Part shown: piece after piece, positions 25,314-47,395 of the stretch
Layout of the letters: every line of letters begins with the position of its first letter
Position numbering within the stretch: the stretch's first letter is position 1
Assembly: GCA_964016885.1 (NCBI GenBank)
Contig: OZ024756.1
Span: 43,958,001-44,022,000 of the forward strand
Direction of reading: 5' to 3'
DNA: 64,000 nucleotides
Origin: Eledone cirrhosa
Lineage: Eukaryota
Position numbers and translations under genes: made by a program
The notes under the pieces: generated by a model
Seen by the model: the letters and a program-made list of their open reading frames with translations, nothing else
Told to the model about the DNA's origin: nothing
Database searches by the model: none

Positions 25314-26489
25314 ATGGCTAACCAGCAAAAATCCAAACAGAACTGGTCTGATAATGAAATCGACATTCTAATAAACACATGGCATTGCCTTTCCCAAACA
25401 GAAAATATAGATGCTTCATCTCTGAACGACATTGCTAAACGTACAGTTCAATTTTTGAAAACTCGATCTGAACAACAGATTCAAAATAAATTAAAGCAAA
25501 TCGAAATTGCTTTTAAATTAATCAATAAACATTTGGATAAACTACGGTGTGTTTTCTCTTCGAATGCTGTCCAGCAGCAGCAACAACAACAACAGCAGCT
25601 ACAACAGCAACAGCAACAACAGCAACAACAACAACATCAACAACAGCTACAACAACAACAACAACAGCAACAACAACAACAACAACGACAACAACAGTGT
25701 GAACCACTCCTTGATTCATCAACAATGGCCGATCTACTAAATGAAACTATTGACCCCCCAGTAGCCTCTGTCTCACAGCATGAAACGCCACATCCTTTCT
25801 CTGACCCAGCAGTCCAATCATCACCACTGCCAACATCTCTGCCTACTACTACTACTACTACTACAACATTTTTGTCTACTGCTATGTCAAGGAATTTACC
25901 TTCTAATACCAGAACAAGAACTCTCCCTCCCACAGTCCACAAAGGTCGTCAAATCCTACCCAAACCATCATCTACACCTCTCACAACACCCACACCCACA
26001 TACCCACCCACTCGAAACCCCATCATTTGCCGCTATTCTCTACGCTATAGAATATGTACGGATAGTGGCTGCAAATTCACCCATTTACCTAGGACAAAAC
26101 GATCTATCCCCACAAACAGCCACCACCATAATACATACTCTAATTTAACACCAACACAACCACCAATAACTCAAACAAGGAATCCACAAATCTGCCGTTT
26201 TTCCCTGCGAGACAGATTGTGTTTAGACCGGGATTGTCCCTTTACCCATCTCCCGGGGACCCGTCGGATAAATGAAAATAAAATTAAAAATAAAAGCAAA
26301 AACAAAAACCATAACCTACATAAAAATAACCACTACCACAGTCACCAACAGTCTTCTAAACAGGAAACTTCTTCCTCTTTTTTAGCCATAATGAATCTGG
26401 CAAAAGAACTGGAAAAAAACATTCGAGCTATCACCCAGCACCACCCTCCACTATCACCCCACTGCACAAACTCCCATTGCTGCCATTAA
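25314..26489 (+). CDS. LINE ORF1: Myb/SANT-like N-terminus, polyQ, two CCCH zinc fingers
   Basis: WSDNEIDILINTW...RSEQQIQNKLKQI; Q-rich tract; CRYSLRYRICTDSGCKFTH and CRFSLRDRLCLDRDCPFTH (C-x8-C-x4-C-x3-H). Confidence 0.8.
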   Translation: MANQQKSKQNWSDNEIDILINTWHCLSQTENIDASSLNDIAKRTVQFLKTRSEQQIQNKLKQIEIAFKLINKHLDKLRCVFSSNAVQQQQQQQQQLQQQQQQQQQQQHQQQLQQQQQQQQQQQQRQQQCEPLLDSSTMADLLNETIDPPVASVSQHETPHPFSDPAVQSSPLPTSLPTTTTTTTTFLSTAMSRNLPSNTRTRTLPPTVHKGRQILPKPSSTPLTTPTPTYPPTRNPIICRYSLRYRICTDSGCKFTHLPRTKRSIPTNSHHHNTYSNLTPTQPPITQTRNPQICRFSLRDRLCLDRDCPFTHLPGTRRINENKIKNKSKNKNHNLHKNNHYHSHQQSSKQETSSSFLAIMNLAKELEKNIRAITQHHPPLSPHCTNSHCCH

Positions 26490-29400
26490 CAAACAAACAA
26501 ATTAACAACACACCAAAACAATTAAAACCATCCACTCTCGCCTCTACATTTTTGCTTAACGCCCAAGGCATCAGCCCTTCCACCAATACTCAAAAATGGA
26601 AGATCAAATTCCTGGAGGACTGGATTGATGTCCATCCAAACCACATCCCTTTCTTCGTCCTCACTGAAACCCATCTCAGTAACCTCCACTTGGAAGCCGA
26701 GGTGAAAGTGAAAAATTTCAAAGCCATCCGTGCTGATCGCGCTGGCAGAAGAAAGGGCGGAACTGCCATTTATGTCCATAATTCTTTCTCAACAGAGGCT
26801 ATGAACATATTCACTAATGGATACTGTGAGGCAGTCACTGTATTCAGTCAAACCAACAACCTATTAGTAGTTGGGCTCTATAGGCCACCCCAAACGCCTG
26901 TACCATGCTTCAAGGAATGCCTCAACAGCATAAAGTGTTTCATCCAAGAGTGTCACCCTGACAACATCTTAATGATGGGGGACTTCAACCTCCCCGGAGT
27001 TGACTGGTCCACAAACACCCTGCCACCAGGTTCTTCTGCCTCAACCTCTGACAGGGAAGCTGTGGAATCGCTTCTTGACTTCATGGATGATTTCTTCCTA
27101 TCCCAACTAGTGCTCGAACCAACGAGGTGCCACAAAAACGTCCTAGACTTAATTTTCAGCAATCACACTGACAATATCCACAATATTGCAGTGGAGAAAA
27201 CTCTACTCTCTGATCATGACATGGTTCTCTGTGATCTGAGATTCCACCGTCCAATATACAAACCCAATGTCATTTCTCCTGTCCATCCGTTTGACGCTAT
27301 GGATTTCCACAATGCAAACTGGGAAGCGATCAGTCATGATCTTGCACATGTCGACTGGTCCTTCACGCACACTCATACACCCACTAACATCAAAAAGTCC
27401 TGGCAGACATTTGTGGACACTGTTACAAACATATGTGCTAAACACACCCCATTAAGAACTATAAACAAATCTAAGAGCAGAATCCCTAGAAATAGAAAAA
27501 CACTCATCAGAAAAATTAAGAGAACGAACAAAAAAATCAACAAGCTGAAATACTGTCAGCAGCAACACATCAACTTGACTGCCATTTCATCACTAGAGAT
27601 TAAAAAACATAACCTCCAAAACAACATAATGTCCCTCATCAACAATCAGAGAAGAGCTGAAGAGGCCTGGGCCATTGAGAAGATCAAACTCAATCCCAAA
27701 GTGTTCTTTTCATTTGCAAAAAAACACAAAATCACTGGCTCTACTGTTGGCCCTCTAATTGATGAAAATGGCACTCTTCAAGACAATGCTAAAACCATGG
27801 GTGAGATACTGCAGAAACAATACTGCTCTGTTTTCAGCAATCCTGATATGGCCGATCTGGGCTGTATCGGCGATGTTACTCCCCATTACACCTTATCGGA
27901 CATAACGTTTGGCGCCCCTGATGTCTTGGCGGCAATAAAGGAAATCAAGCATAATTCAGCAGTAGGTCCCGATAGGTTCCCTGCTTGTGTCTTGAAGGCG
28001 TGTCAACACCAACTTGCTTCTCCTCTTGCCAATCTGTGGCGGAACTCACTGGATGCTGGATATGTGCCAGAAAACCTTCTATCCCAGTCTGTTGTCCCAG
28101 TTTTCAAAAAGGGAAACAAATCCCTTGCCGTGAATTACCGTCCAATCTCACTCACCTCTCATATCATTAAGGTATTTGAGCGAGTGGTGAGATCGCGAAT
28201 GACCCACTTCCTTGAGAGTAACAATATGCTGAACTCCAACCAGCATGGATTCCGTAATGGAAGGGATTGCCTGACGCAACTACTGCATCACTTTGATGAC
28301 ATTTTGAGAGCCTTGGGAGAGGGTTCCAACACTGATGTTATCTACCTTGATTTCAGCAAGGCCTTTGACAGGGTTGATCATAACATTCTACTGAGAAAGC
28401 TGTCCAATATTGGTGTCACTGGAAAGCTGCTGCAGTGGATCAAGAGCTTCCTGTCAAACAGAACCCAACATGTTGTAGTTGAGGGAGTCAAATCAAGCCC
28501 AGCCAAAGTCAGTAGTGGAGTCCCACAAGGCACTGTGTTGGGCCCACTTCTCTTCATCATCTATATTAATGACATCACTGACATCATCAAACACAGCAAC
28601 ATTAAAATTTTCGCTGATGATTCCAAGCTCCAAAAGGTCATCAATGGCGTGGATGACCGGATAAGCCTTCAGTCAGACCTACTGGCTGTTACCCAATGGG
28701 CAGAAAAGAACAACATGCTACTGAACGAAGACAAATTCGAACTGATCCACTTTGGAAAAGAGGATGCTCTGAAACTCCCGTACTCCCTTCCCTCCGGGGA
28801 AACTCTCGTGGCATCTAACAACATCAGAGACTTGGGAGTAACCGTGGACAGCAACATAAGCTGGACCACGCATATAAGCAGCAAAGTTGACATGGCCCGC
28901 AGAATGTGTTCCTGGATCCTCAGAACCTTCCAGTCGAGAGATTCCCGCACCATTATCCTTCTCTTCTCTACTTTCGCCCGACCACACCTTGAATACTGTT
29001 GTCCACTGTGGTCTCCCCACACGAAACAAAGTATCATGAAACTTGAAGCTCCTCAAAGGGCAATCACGAAAAAGATAGATGGCATGTCAGACCTTGACTA
29101 CTGGGGTCGATTGGAAAACCTGAAACTTTACTCACTCCAACGTCGCCGTGAGCGTTATATTATCTGCATGATGTGGAAAATGTTCCATCATCACTGCCCA
29201 AATGATGTTGGCATCGCCTTCAAGATACACCCAAGGCTTGGGCCCCGTGCTATCCGTCCCATTCAAAAATCTAAATCGCAACTCATAACAACAATACGGC
29301 ACAATTATTTCACCTCAATCGGCCCTGCTCTCTTCAACATCACACCAGGACACGTCAAAACAGAAACTGACCACACAAAATTCAAGAAGTCTTTGGACAA

Positions 29401-29497
29401 ATTCCTCCAAGTAATCCCGGACAAACCACCCACACCCGGATATGTCTCCGCAAACAGTAATTCTCTTCTCGAATGGGCCATGGTGCCCAAATCCTGA
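26477..29497 (+). CDS. LINE ORF2: AP endonuclease and reverse transcriptase
   Basis: LTETHL, MGDFNLP, LDLIF, LSDHDMV (APE); [33 protein letters not shown] (RT); [13 protein letters not shown]. Frame open from 26360; no AUG before the APE domain. Confidence 0.97.
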   Translation: MLPLTNKQINNTPKQLKPSTLASTFLLNAQGISPSTNTQKWKIKFLEDWIDVHPNHIPFFVLTETHLSNLHLEAEVKVKNFKAIRADRAGRRKGGTAIYVHNSFSTEAMNIFTNGYCEAVTVFSQTNNLLVVGLYRPPQTPVPCFKECLNSIKCFIQECHPDNILMMGDFNLPGVDWSTNTLPPGSSASTSDREAVESLLDFMDDFFLSQLVLEPTRCHKNVLDLIFSNHTDNIHNIAVEKTLLSDHDMVLCDLRFHRPIYKPNVISPVHPFDAMDFHNANWEAISHDLAHVDWSFTHTHTPTNIKKSWQTFVDTVTNICAKHTPLRTINKSKSRIPRNRKTLIRKIKRTNKKINKLKYCQQQHINLTAISSLEIKKHNLQNNIMSLINNQRRAEEAWAIEKIKLNPKVFFSFAKKHKITGSTVGPLIDENGTLQDNAKTMGEILQKQYCSVFSNPDMADLGCIGDVTPHYTLSDITFGAPDVLAAIKEIKHNSAVGPDRFPACVLKACQHQLASPLANLWRNSLDAGYVPENLLSQSVVPVFKKGNKSLAVNYRPISLTSHIIKVFERVVRSRMTHFLESNNMLNSNQHGFRNGRDCLTQLLHHFDDILRALGEGSNTDVIYLDFSKAFDRVDHNILLRKLSNIGVTGKLLQWIKSFLSNRTQHVVVEGVKSSPAKVSSGVPQGTVLGPLLFIIYINDITDIIKHSNIKIFADDSKLQKVINGVDDRISLQSDLLAVTQWAEKNNMLLNEDKFELIHFGKEDALKLPYSLPSGETLVASNNIRDLGVTVDSNISWTTHISSKVDMARRMCSWILRTFQSRDSRTIILLFSTFARPHLEYCCPLWSPHTKQSIMKLEAPQRAITKKIDGMSDLDYWGRLENLKLYSLQRRRERYIICMMWKMFHHHCPNDVGIAFKIHPRLGPRAIRPIQKSKSQLITTIRHNYFTSIGPALFNITPGHVKTETDHTKFKKSLDKFLQVIPDKPPTPGYVSANSNSLLEWAMVPKS

Positions 29498-29585
29498 ATT
29501 GAAAGACTTCGCCAGGTGGTGCTATTAAGTTAGACATGGCCTGGGCCAATACTGGCCAAAACATTTCAAAGTTATTCAAAGTTAT

Positions 29586-30967
<1,382 letters not shown>

Positions 30968-30968
<1 letters not shown>

Positions 30969-31382
30969 AAATATTAAAAAAATAATGAATAAAACAATGA
31001 AACAGTTCCTTATATTAAACAAAAAAAGTTCATTATTTAACGATCGTTTCTAGGATATATATGTGTTAGAATTGGCATGCATATTCAACAGATCTATGTA
31101 CAAAATTATACAAAATTATACAAACTATCAAATTAAATATACATACCAAACACATATATATATATACATATATATACATTATTTCTGAAGACGGCATATA
31201 TATGTGTTTGGTATGTATATTTAATTTTGGTAGTTTGTATAATTTTGTACATAGATCTGTTGAATATGCATGCCAATTCTAACACATATATATCCTAGAA
31301 ACGATCGTTAAATAATGAACTTTTTTTGTTTAATATAAGGAACTGTTTCATTGTTTTATTCATTATTTTTTTAATATTTTAT
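30968..31382. mobile_element. Family C fold-back element (~190-bp inverted arms)
   Basis: 30968-31160 is the reverse complement of 31196-31382, apart from a small duplication. Confidence 0.8.
31177..31317 (+). ncRNA. Type I hammerhead motif with ~105-nt helix II (family C)
   Basis: Helix I CATTATTT/AAATAATG; CTGAAGA 31185-31191; GAAA 31298-31301; helix III ACGATCGT; GUU triplet. Confidence 0.7.
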
Positions 31383-31583
31383 CTTGACTCTGTATTCCGT
31401 TTATCTTTCACCGAAAGTGATTTTTCATTGCATCTCTTCTTTCCATGATATCCGGATTACATTGAGTTCTTCATACGGATTGGACACTACCGTAAACTCT
31501 TGGTAGATTTATCTACATATATATATATATATATATATACATATACATACATACACATACATACATACATACATACACACATA

Positions 31584-31825
31584 TCATCATCATCATCATC
31601 ATCAACGTCCGTGTTCCACGCTTGCATGGGTTTGGACGGGGGTAGTCCCACTTGAGGCAAGAGTGATTGTCTTGCTCGCATAGGACTGTCTGGCAGGTTT
31701 TCTACAGTTGGATGCCCTTCCTAACACCAACCACATTTACAGTGGGTCTGGGAGGTTTTTACCGTGTTGCCTACACGGCCACATTACAGCGTGGACTGTG
31801 TGTTTTTTTGTCGTGACACCTACAC
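31584..31825 (-). mobile_element. RTE-related non-autonomous element
   Basis: Near-identical to 38325-38575. Confidence 0.75.
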
Positions 31826-31873
31826 GTACATACGATATTAAACAAATGGAAACTATATTTATAAAACCATATT

Positions 31874-31939
31874 TATTTCGTTATATATATTTCAAGGATA
31901 TCATATTAAAAATATGGTATGCCTTCCTCAGACAAAATA
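31874..31939 (-). ncRNA. Type I hammerhead ribozyme motif (family A)
   Basis: Minus strand reads TATTTTGT-CTGAGGA-helix II-GAAA-TATATAT-A-ACGAAATA. Confidence 0.75.
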
Positions 31940-32076
31940 CAATACATAAGCTGTTTTATAAATAATTTTTGACATACCTTTTAAATAATGCAACTTCCAT
32001 TTAAAAAGTTTTTAAATGGAAGTTGCATTATTTAAAAGGTATGTCAAAAATTATTTATAAAACAGCTTATGTATTG

Positions 32077-32142
32077 TATTTTGTCTGAGGAAGGCATACC
32101 ATATTTTTAATATGATATCCCTGAAATATATATAACAAAATA
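32077..32142 (+). ncRNA. Type I hammerhead ribozyme motif (family A)
   Basis: TATTTTGT-CTGAGGA-AGGCATACCATATTTTTAATATGATATCCCT-GAAA-TATATAT-A-ACAAAATA. Confidence 0.8.
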
Positions 32143-33486
32143 AATATGGTTTTATAAATATAGTTTCCATTTGTTTAATATCGTAAACCTACTCCAGAAA
32201 CTGTTGAGTGCTTTTATATCAGTTATAAAATATTTACTCGTTGTAACCCAACAATCTTAAATAAAACTTTTGCATATATACTTATATATATATCTGAGGG
32301 TATCCAATGATGTTGACTTGTTCTTTTTGGTAAATATCATCTTGGTTAAGAGAGTGGGACTGGCTTTGTGCAGTGCCTTTGCTCACTATAAAAGCTTCAT
32401 GGCACAGGCATTGCTTTATATCTGGAGATCTCTCTGCACTTGTCATCACATGGTACCATGGGCCCAGCACTATGTGTCAATAATTGTCACAGGTTTAGTG
32501 TTTGTACCAGAGTTTTCAAGTCGCTCGCTGGACTAAAAAGTCACACTCGTTCAGCGCATCGGTAGGGGTTCTCCTACATGGATATAAAGTAGTGGCCGTA
32601 CTCGAAAACGAGTTGGCAGCCACCATATATCTATATACATGTATATTTATATACATTTTTAAACAATATTTTGCTATATTTCATCTCATTACATACCTGC
32701 ATGACATGTATTTTCTAATTTCAATTTTTACATTTATATATCTATTTTTTTTTCTGTCATTAAATGTTTGATAAAAAAAACCAAAACAAATAAAAGGAAT
32801 ATTATTTCACAGAAAATTATTTCTTTTGAATACATTTCTTTGTTTTTGTTATTTTTCTGAGAATTATTTCTTCTCTTCCATTTAAATGTCGATTGCTGTC
32901 GGAACCTCAGAGGAGGGGCTGCATATGTTTGTGGATTACTCGACGACTTATATGTTAACATCACAAACAAACTGGAACGTTGTTGGAACTAATGGAGATG
33001 CATTCAGATTACGGCAGGAGGAGAGAGAGGGTAAACCTATTAATAGAATAGTAGGACTCAATGCTGGCGTAGGGGTGAAGGAAACTTGGTGAGGGTGGAG
33101 TCATGTTGCATCTATGATACACACTGACAAAAAAAAAAAAAAAAATCCAAATTAAGAGAAAAGAAAACAAACAACGAATTAAACTTTTAAAGAAACAATG
33201 TATTAAAATTGAAACATTGTATAACATAACAATTTTTTTTTCTGAACATAAGTCTACAGATTACTCCAGCTTGGTCAGAACTGTGATGGTTAAAACAAAG
33301 GAACTGAAATATGTTTATTGTGTTAGGTTTGCTTTTAACTTATTATTGTTGTTGTAGTTATTTCCTTATTAGGAAGTTAGAGTTAAAAACCTTGTCCAAC
33401 AATCAGAGAGAGGCAACTGCTTTATATTGAGGCTGGAGTATTTGTCATAAATATCACTTGACCAATGTAATTCTTTTTTTTTTTTC

Positions 33487-33523
<37 letters not shown>

Positions 33524-33584
33524 CATATATACTTAGAAAATAAATTTCTATACTCTATCCATCAGTATTCAAAGTTTTAAATAC

Positions 33585-35723
<2,139 letters not shown>

Positions 35724-35923
35724 NNNNNNNNNNNNNNNNNNNNNNNNNNNNNNNNNNNNNNNNNNNNNNNNNNNNNNNNNNNNNNNNNNNNNNNNNNNNN
35801 NNNNNNNNNNNNNNNNNNNNNNNNNNNNNNNNNNNNNNNNNNNNNNNNNNNNNNNNNNNNNNNNNNNNNNNNNNNNNNNNNNNNNNNNNNNNNNNNNNNN
35901 NNNNNNNNNNNNNNNNNNNNNNN
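35724..35923. other. Assembly gap (200 N)
   Basis: Run of n. Confidence 1.
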
Positions 35924-36277
35924 CTCTCCTTTGTTCTGTCCTACGCCATCTTGTTTCTGTGTGTTTCACACACGGAAACAAGATGGCGTAGGACAGAACA
36001 AAGGAGAAACAAAGAAAAGAATCCCCAGTCACTGAAGAGGTCACAGAATGTGTGACGAAAGAACTTTGACAATATATAAACAACCATCTGGTTGTGGAAC
36101 CAACCAACAACCGGAAATTTATAAATTCCTAAATTTATAAATTTATTATAATAAATTGAAGTGAAAGCAACTGGCGCGTGTGTTTCTTATTGGCAACATG
36201 ACCCTCCCAAAGTATAACAATATCGGTTTCAACACACGTTTTCAGATAAAGAATCTTGCTAAACAAATTCAGAAACG

Positions 36278-36280
<3 letters not shown>
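35924..36280 (+). mobile_element. Family B hammerhead-bearing element with 5' fold-back
   Basis: Palindrome at ~35925-36007; body homologous to 37590-37850 and 8478-8690. Confidence 0.75.
36028..36070 (+). ncRNA. Minimal type I hammerhead motif (family B)
   Basis: GTCA-CTGAAGA-G-GTCACA gaatg TGTGAC-GAAA-GAACT-T-TGAC. Confidence 0.65.
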
Positions 36281-36323
<43 letters not shown>

Positions 36324-36328
36324 GTATG

Positions 36329-36456
<128 letters not shown>

Positions 36457-36472
36457 ATATATATTATATATG

Positions 36473-36531
<59 letters not shown>

Positions 36532-36543
36532 GTATGTATATAT

Positions 36544-36653
<110 letters not shown>

Positions 36654-36734
36654 GTATGTATACCAACTTCTTACATAAAAGTTGATCAATATTTATGATA
36701 CGTCAAATTTATTTATAAAACTGCTTATATATTG

Positions 36735-36800
36735 TATTTTATCTGAAGAAGGTATGCCATATTTTTAATATGGTATCCCTGAAATATGTATAATGAAATA
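36735..36800 (+). ncRNA. Type I hammerhead ribozyme motif (family A)
   Basis: TATTTTAT-CTGAAGA-AGGTATGCCATATTTTTAATATGGTATCCCT-GAAA-TATGTAT-A-ATGAAATA. Confidence 0.75.
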
Positions 36801-36840
36801 AATATGGTTTTATAAATATAGTTTCCATTTATTTAATATC

Positions 36841-36995
<155 letters not shown>

Positions 36996-37134
36996 TAAGA
37001 TAAAAATACTTGAGTGCATTAGAGTCAAACACACTCGTCGTATTAGAGAAATGACAGTATAAGAGATAGCTCAATGTTATCAAACAGAGCCGAAAAATTA
37101 TATAAAATTAACAAAGAAGCCTTTAATACATTAA

Positions 37135-37183
37135 TTCCTGACAATGTTTCGTCCCATTAATTAGGACTCATCAGAGCAAGGAA
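37135..37183 (-). ncRNA. Type I hammerhead motif (family D)
   Basis: Minus strand reads TTCCTTGCT-CTGATGA-GTCCT aattaat GGGAC-GAAA-CATTG-TC-AGGAA; canonical core and GUC triplet; helix I is bulged. Confidence 0.75.
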
Positions 37184-37657
37184 AAGACAAAAAATATCAT
37201 CGGCTAGAACAAGCCAAAATTCAGAAGAATAGCGAATGGATATTTAGGAAAATTATCATGGAAAGACATTTTAAACCTAATAGGGTGCATTGGTAAATAA
37301 AAACTATAGGGCAAGAGAGCAAGCAAACATTAAAACATCCACGGTAAAAGTACAATATAAATCTAATACTCGAAATACAACATAGTAATATAATGTTAAG
37401 AATTAAAATATAAAAATTATAATATAATATATAATACAATGCAATACATAATGCAGAAATAAAATTTAATATATATATAACAACCAACCAATAACATGTA
37501 AATAAATAAATAAATAAACAAAGAGATAAATGAACATAAACACACACAGACACACGGATGTGGCGCATGCGCAAACTGAGCACACAACACACACACAGAA
37601 ACAAAATGGCGTAGGACAGAAGAAAGGAAAGGCACAGAAACAAAGAAAGGAATCCCC

Positions 37658-37702
37658 AGTCACTGAAGAGGTCACAGAGTGTGTGACGAAAGGACTATGA
37701 CT
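37658..37702 (+). ncRNA. Minimal type I hammerhead motif (family B)
   Basis: AGTCA-CTGAAGA-G-GTCACA gagtg TGTGAC-GAAA-GGACT-A-TGACT. Confidence 0.7.
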
Positions 37703-38137
37703 ATTATAAACAACTATCTGGTTGTGGAACCAACCAACCAACCAGAAATTTATAAATTTGTAAATTTATAAATATATAATAAATTGAAGTGAAAGCAACT
37801 GGTGCGTGTGTTTCTTATTGGCAACATGACCCTCCCAAAGTATAACAATATATATATATACATATATATACATACATATACATATATATATATACATACA
37901 TATACACATATATATATATATACATATACATATACATACATATACATATATACATATACATACATATATATACATATACATACATATACATATATATATA
38001 CATACATATACATACATATATATATACATATACATATACATACACATATATATACATATACATATATATATATATATATATACATACATATACATACATA
38101 TATATATACATATACATATACATACACATATATATAC

Positions 38138-38174
<37 letters not shown>

Positions 38175-38324
38175 CATATACATATATATATACATACATA
38201 TACATATATATACATATATATATACATATATACATACATATACATATATATACATATATATATACATAGATATATACATACATATACACTTATACATACA
38301 TATACACATATACATACATATACA

Positions 38325-38944
38325 TCATCATCATCATCATCATCAACGTTTAACGTCCGTGTTCCATGCTTGCATGGGTTTGGACGGGGGTAGTCCCACT
38401 TGAGGCAAGAGTGATTGTCTTGCTCGCATAGGACTGTCTGGCAGGTTTTCTACAGTTGGATGCCCTTCCTAACACCAACCACATTTACAGTGTGGGTCTG
38501 GGAGGTTTTTACCGTGTTGCCTACACGGCCACATTACAGCGTGGACTGTGTGTTTTTTTGTCGTGACACCTACACGATCTCATTTGTTTCGGCCCGGATG
38601 GCGCGGCACCAACATAACTTTACATAGTACGGGGTGGTGTGGATGGGGTGGGGGGTGGTGGTGGTGGGACGGGGTGTATTTTGTTAGAGATGCCTACTGG
38701 CAAGGCGGGTCTTCTCTGTTACTGAGTACCGCCAAAGGTCTCGGTCCAGTGACATTGTCTTGGAGAGGTGTAAGTGTGTGAGGTCGGAGTTTATCAGCTC
38801 GTCCCAGGTTTTTCTAGGTCTGCCTATTCCGTGGCTACCGTCTATCTTTATTGCCCCTGCACTTTGTTATACAGCTATCGACTTTCATGCGCATCACGTG
38901 TCCATACCAACGTAGCCTTCTCTCGAGTAAACAACATCTGATCC
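38325..38944 (-). mobile_element. RTE-related element (38325-38575) and RTE 3' coding remnant (~38700-38944)
   Basis: [19 protein letters not shown] on the minus strand; (CAT)n tail. Confidence 0.7.
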
Positions 38945-45912
<6,968 letters not shown>

Positions 45913-46976
45913 TAAGCATGAAAAAGCACATGTAAAATCATTAATAATATTATTAAACAACATCAGTGACTGACATATGAAATTAATAATAATAATTGTT
46001 TCTACTTTTGGCACAAGCCCAGCAATTATCCCAGTGTATTACTGGTACTTTATTTTATCGACCCCGCAAGGATGAAAGGTAAAGTTAATCTCGGCAGGAT
46101 TTGAAATGATAATGATGATGATGGTGGTGATGATGATGGTGATGATGACAATGATGATGATGATGATGACACTGTTGCCAAAATCATCACAATTACTTCC
46201 CTTGTCTAAAATACAATGTGATATATTATCAATACACTATAATGATGTTTAACGAGCTATCAATGGATGTAATTGCTTCTAACAACAAAAAATGAATTTA
46301 AAAATTAGAAATTAAATCTAAAATTAATAAAAACTTGCCAAAATACTGATTTTTTTTAAATTCTTGTTCGTGTTTTACAGTTTTTATTTTTTTACTTTTC
46401 TCTGTCTCTCTTATTTTCTATTTCATTCTTTTTGTGATATATATATATATATGTATATATGGGTGTGTATGTATACGTCTGTGAGAGTGTGGTGTGAATG
46501 TATGTATGTATGTTCACCTGAGAATGTGTCTCTATATATATATATATGTGTGTGTGTCTATATATATATGTGTGTGTTTGTGGGTGTGTGTATGTATACG
46601 TCTGTGTGAGTGTGTGAGAGTGTGTGGTGTGAGTGTATATATGTATGTTCACCTGAGAATGTGTATATATAAATATATGTGTGTGTGTATATGTGTGCCC
46701 TGATGAGGTTGGAGAGAAAATAGAAAATATCTGAGTTTGAGAGAAATGAAATACACGAAATGGCATATTTTTCTATTTAAAGTAAATTCATTCATCATCA
46801 TCCCCATCCTCCCCATCATCACCATCATTACCATCACCATCCCCACCATCATCATCACCACCCCATCCTCCCCATCACCATCCTCAGCATCGCCATCCTC
46901 CCCATCCTCCCCAACCCCACCCTGGTATTTTCAATACATAAGAAATGTATAACCATTTATTTCAGACTTCACCTAC

Positions 46977-47037
46977 ATGAAAATGTATCTGTTATGGTTG
47001 CTATTGGTGATTGCTGTCAACACTAAATACTACACTG
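46977..47037 (+). CDS. LRP-like exon 1 (signal peptide)
   Basis: [20 protein letters not shown]; acceptor at 46965, donor GTAAG. Confidence 0.7.
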
Positions 47038-47364
47038 GTAAGACATATTACATCTTATATAATAATAATAATGATAATCATAATAATAATGATTTCTAGT
47101 ATGGGCACAAGGCCATCAATTTTGGGGGAGGGGAAAGTTGATTAAATCGACCCCAGTGTATTACTGGTGATTTATTTTATCAACCCCGTAAGGATGAAAG
47201 GCAAAGTTAACCTTGATGAGATTTGAACTCAAAACATAAAGGGATGTAACTAAATACTGCAACTAATTATTGCTTCTTTTTACTTCACCTCTGTTTTCAT
47301 GCCTTTATTTCTAACTTATGTTCAACTGGCTTTTACTAAAACACTTTTAATAATATATGTGTGC

Positions 47365-47395
<31 letters not shown>

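Larger units (their letters stand above)
24811..29585 (+). mobile_element. Apparently full-length, intact two-ORF non-LTR retrotransposon (CR1/L2 group)
   Basis: 5' UTR of two ~241-bp tandem monomers, ORF1, ORF2 (APE + RT), short 3' UTR with a GGCCAATACTGGCC hairpin and (TTCAAAGTTA)2 end; flanked by TA arrays. Confidence 0.95.
31832..32270. mobile_element. Family A head-to-head fold-back element
   Basis: Near-perfect palindrome 31832-32185 centred at ~32008, plus the 3' tail to ~32270. Confidence 0.8.

Noticed and set aside
46698-46770. CTGATGA followed by downstream GAAA motifs
   Set aside because: No credible helix II or III could be drawn.
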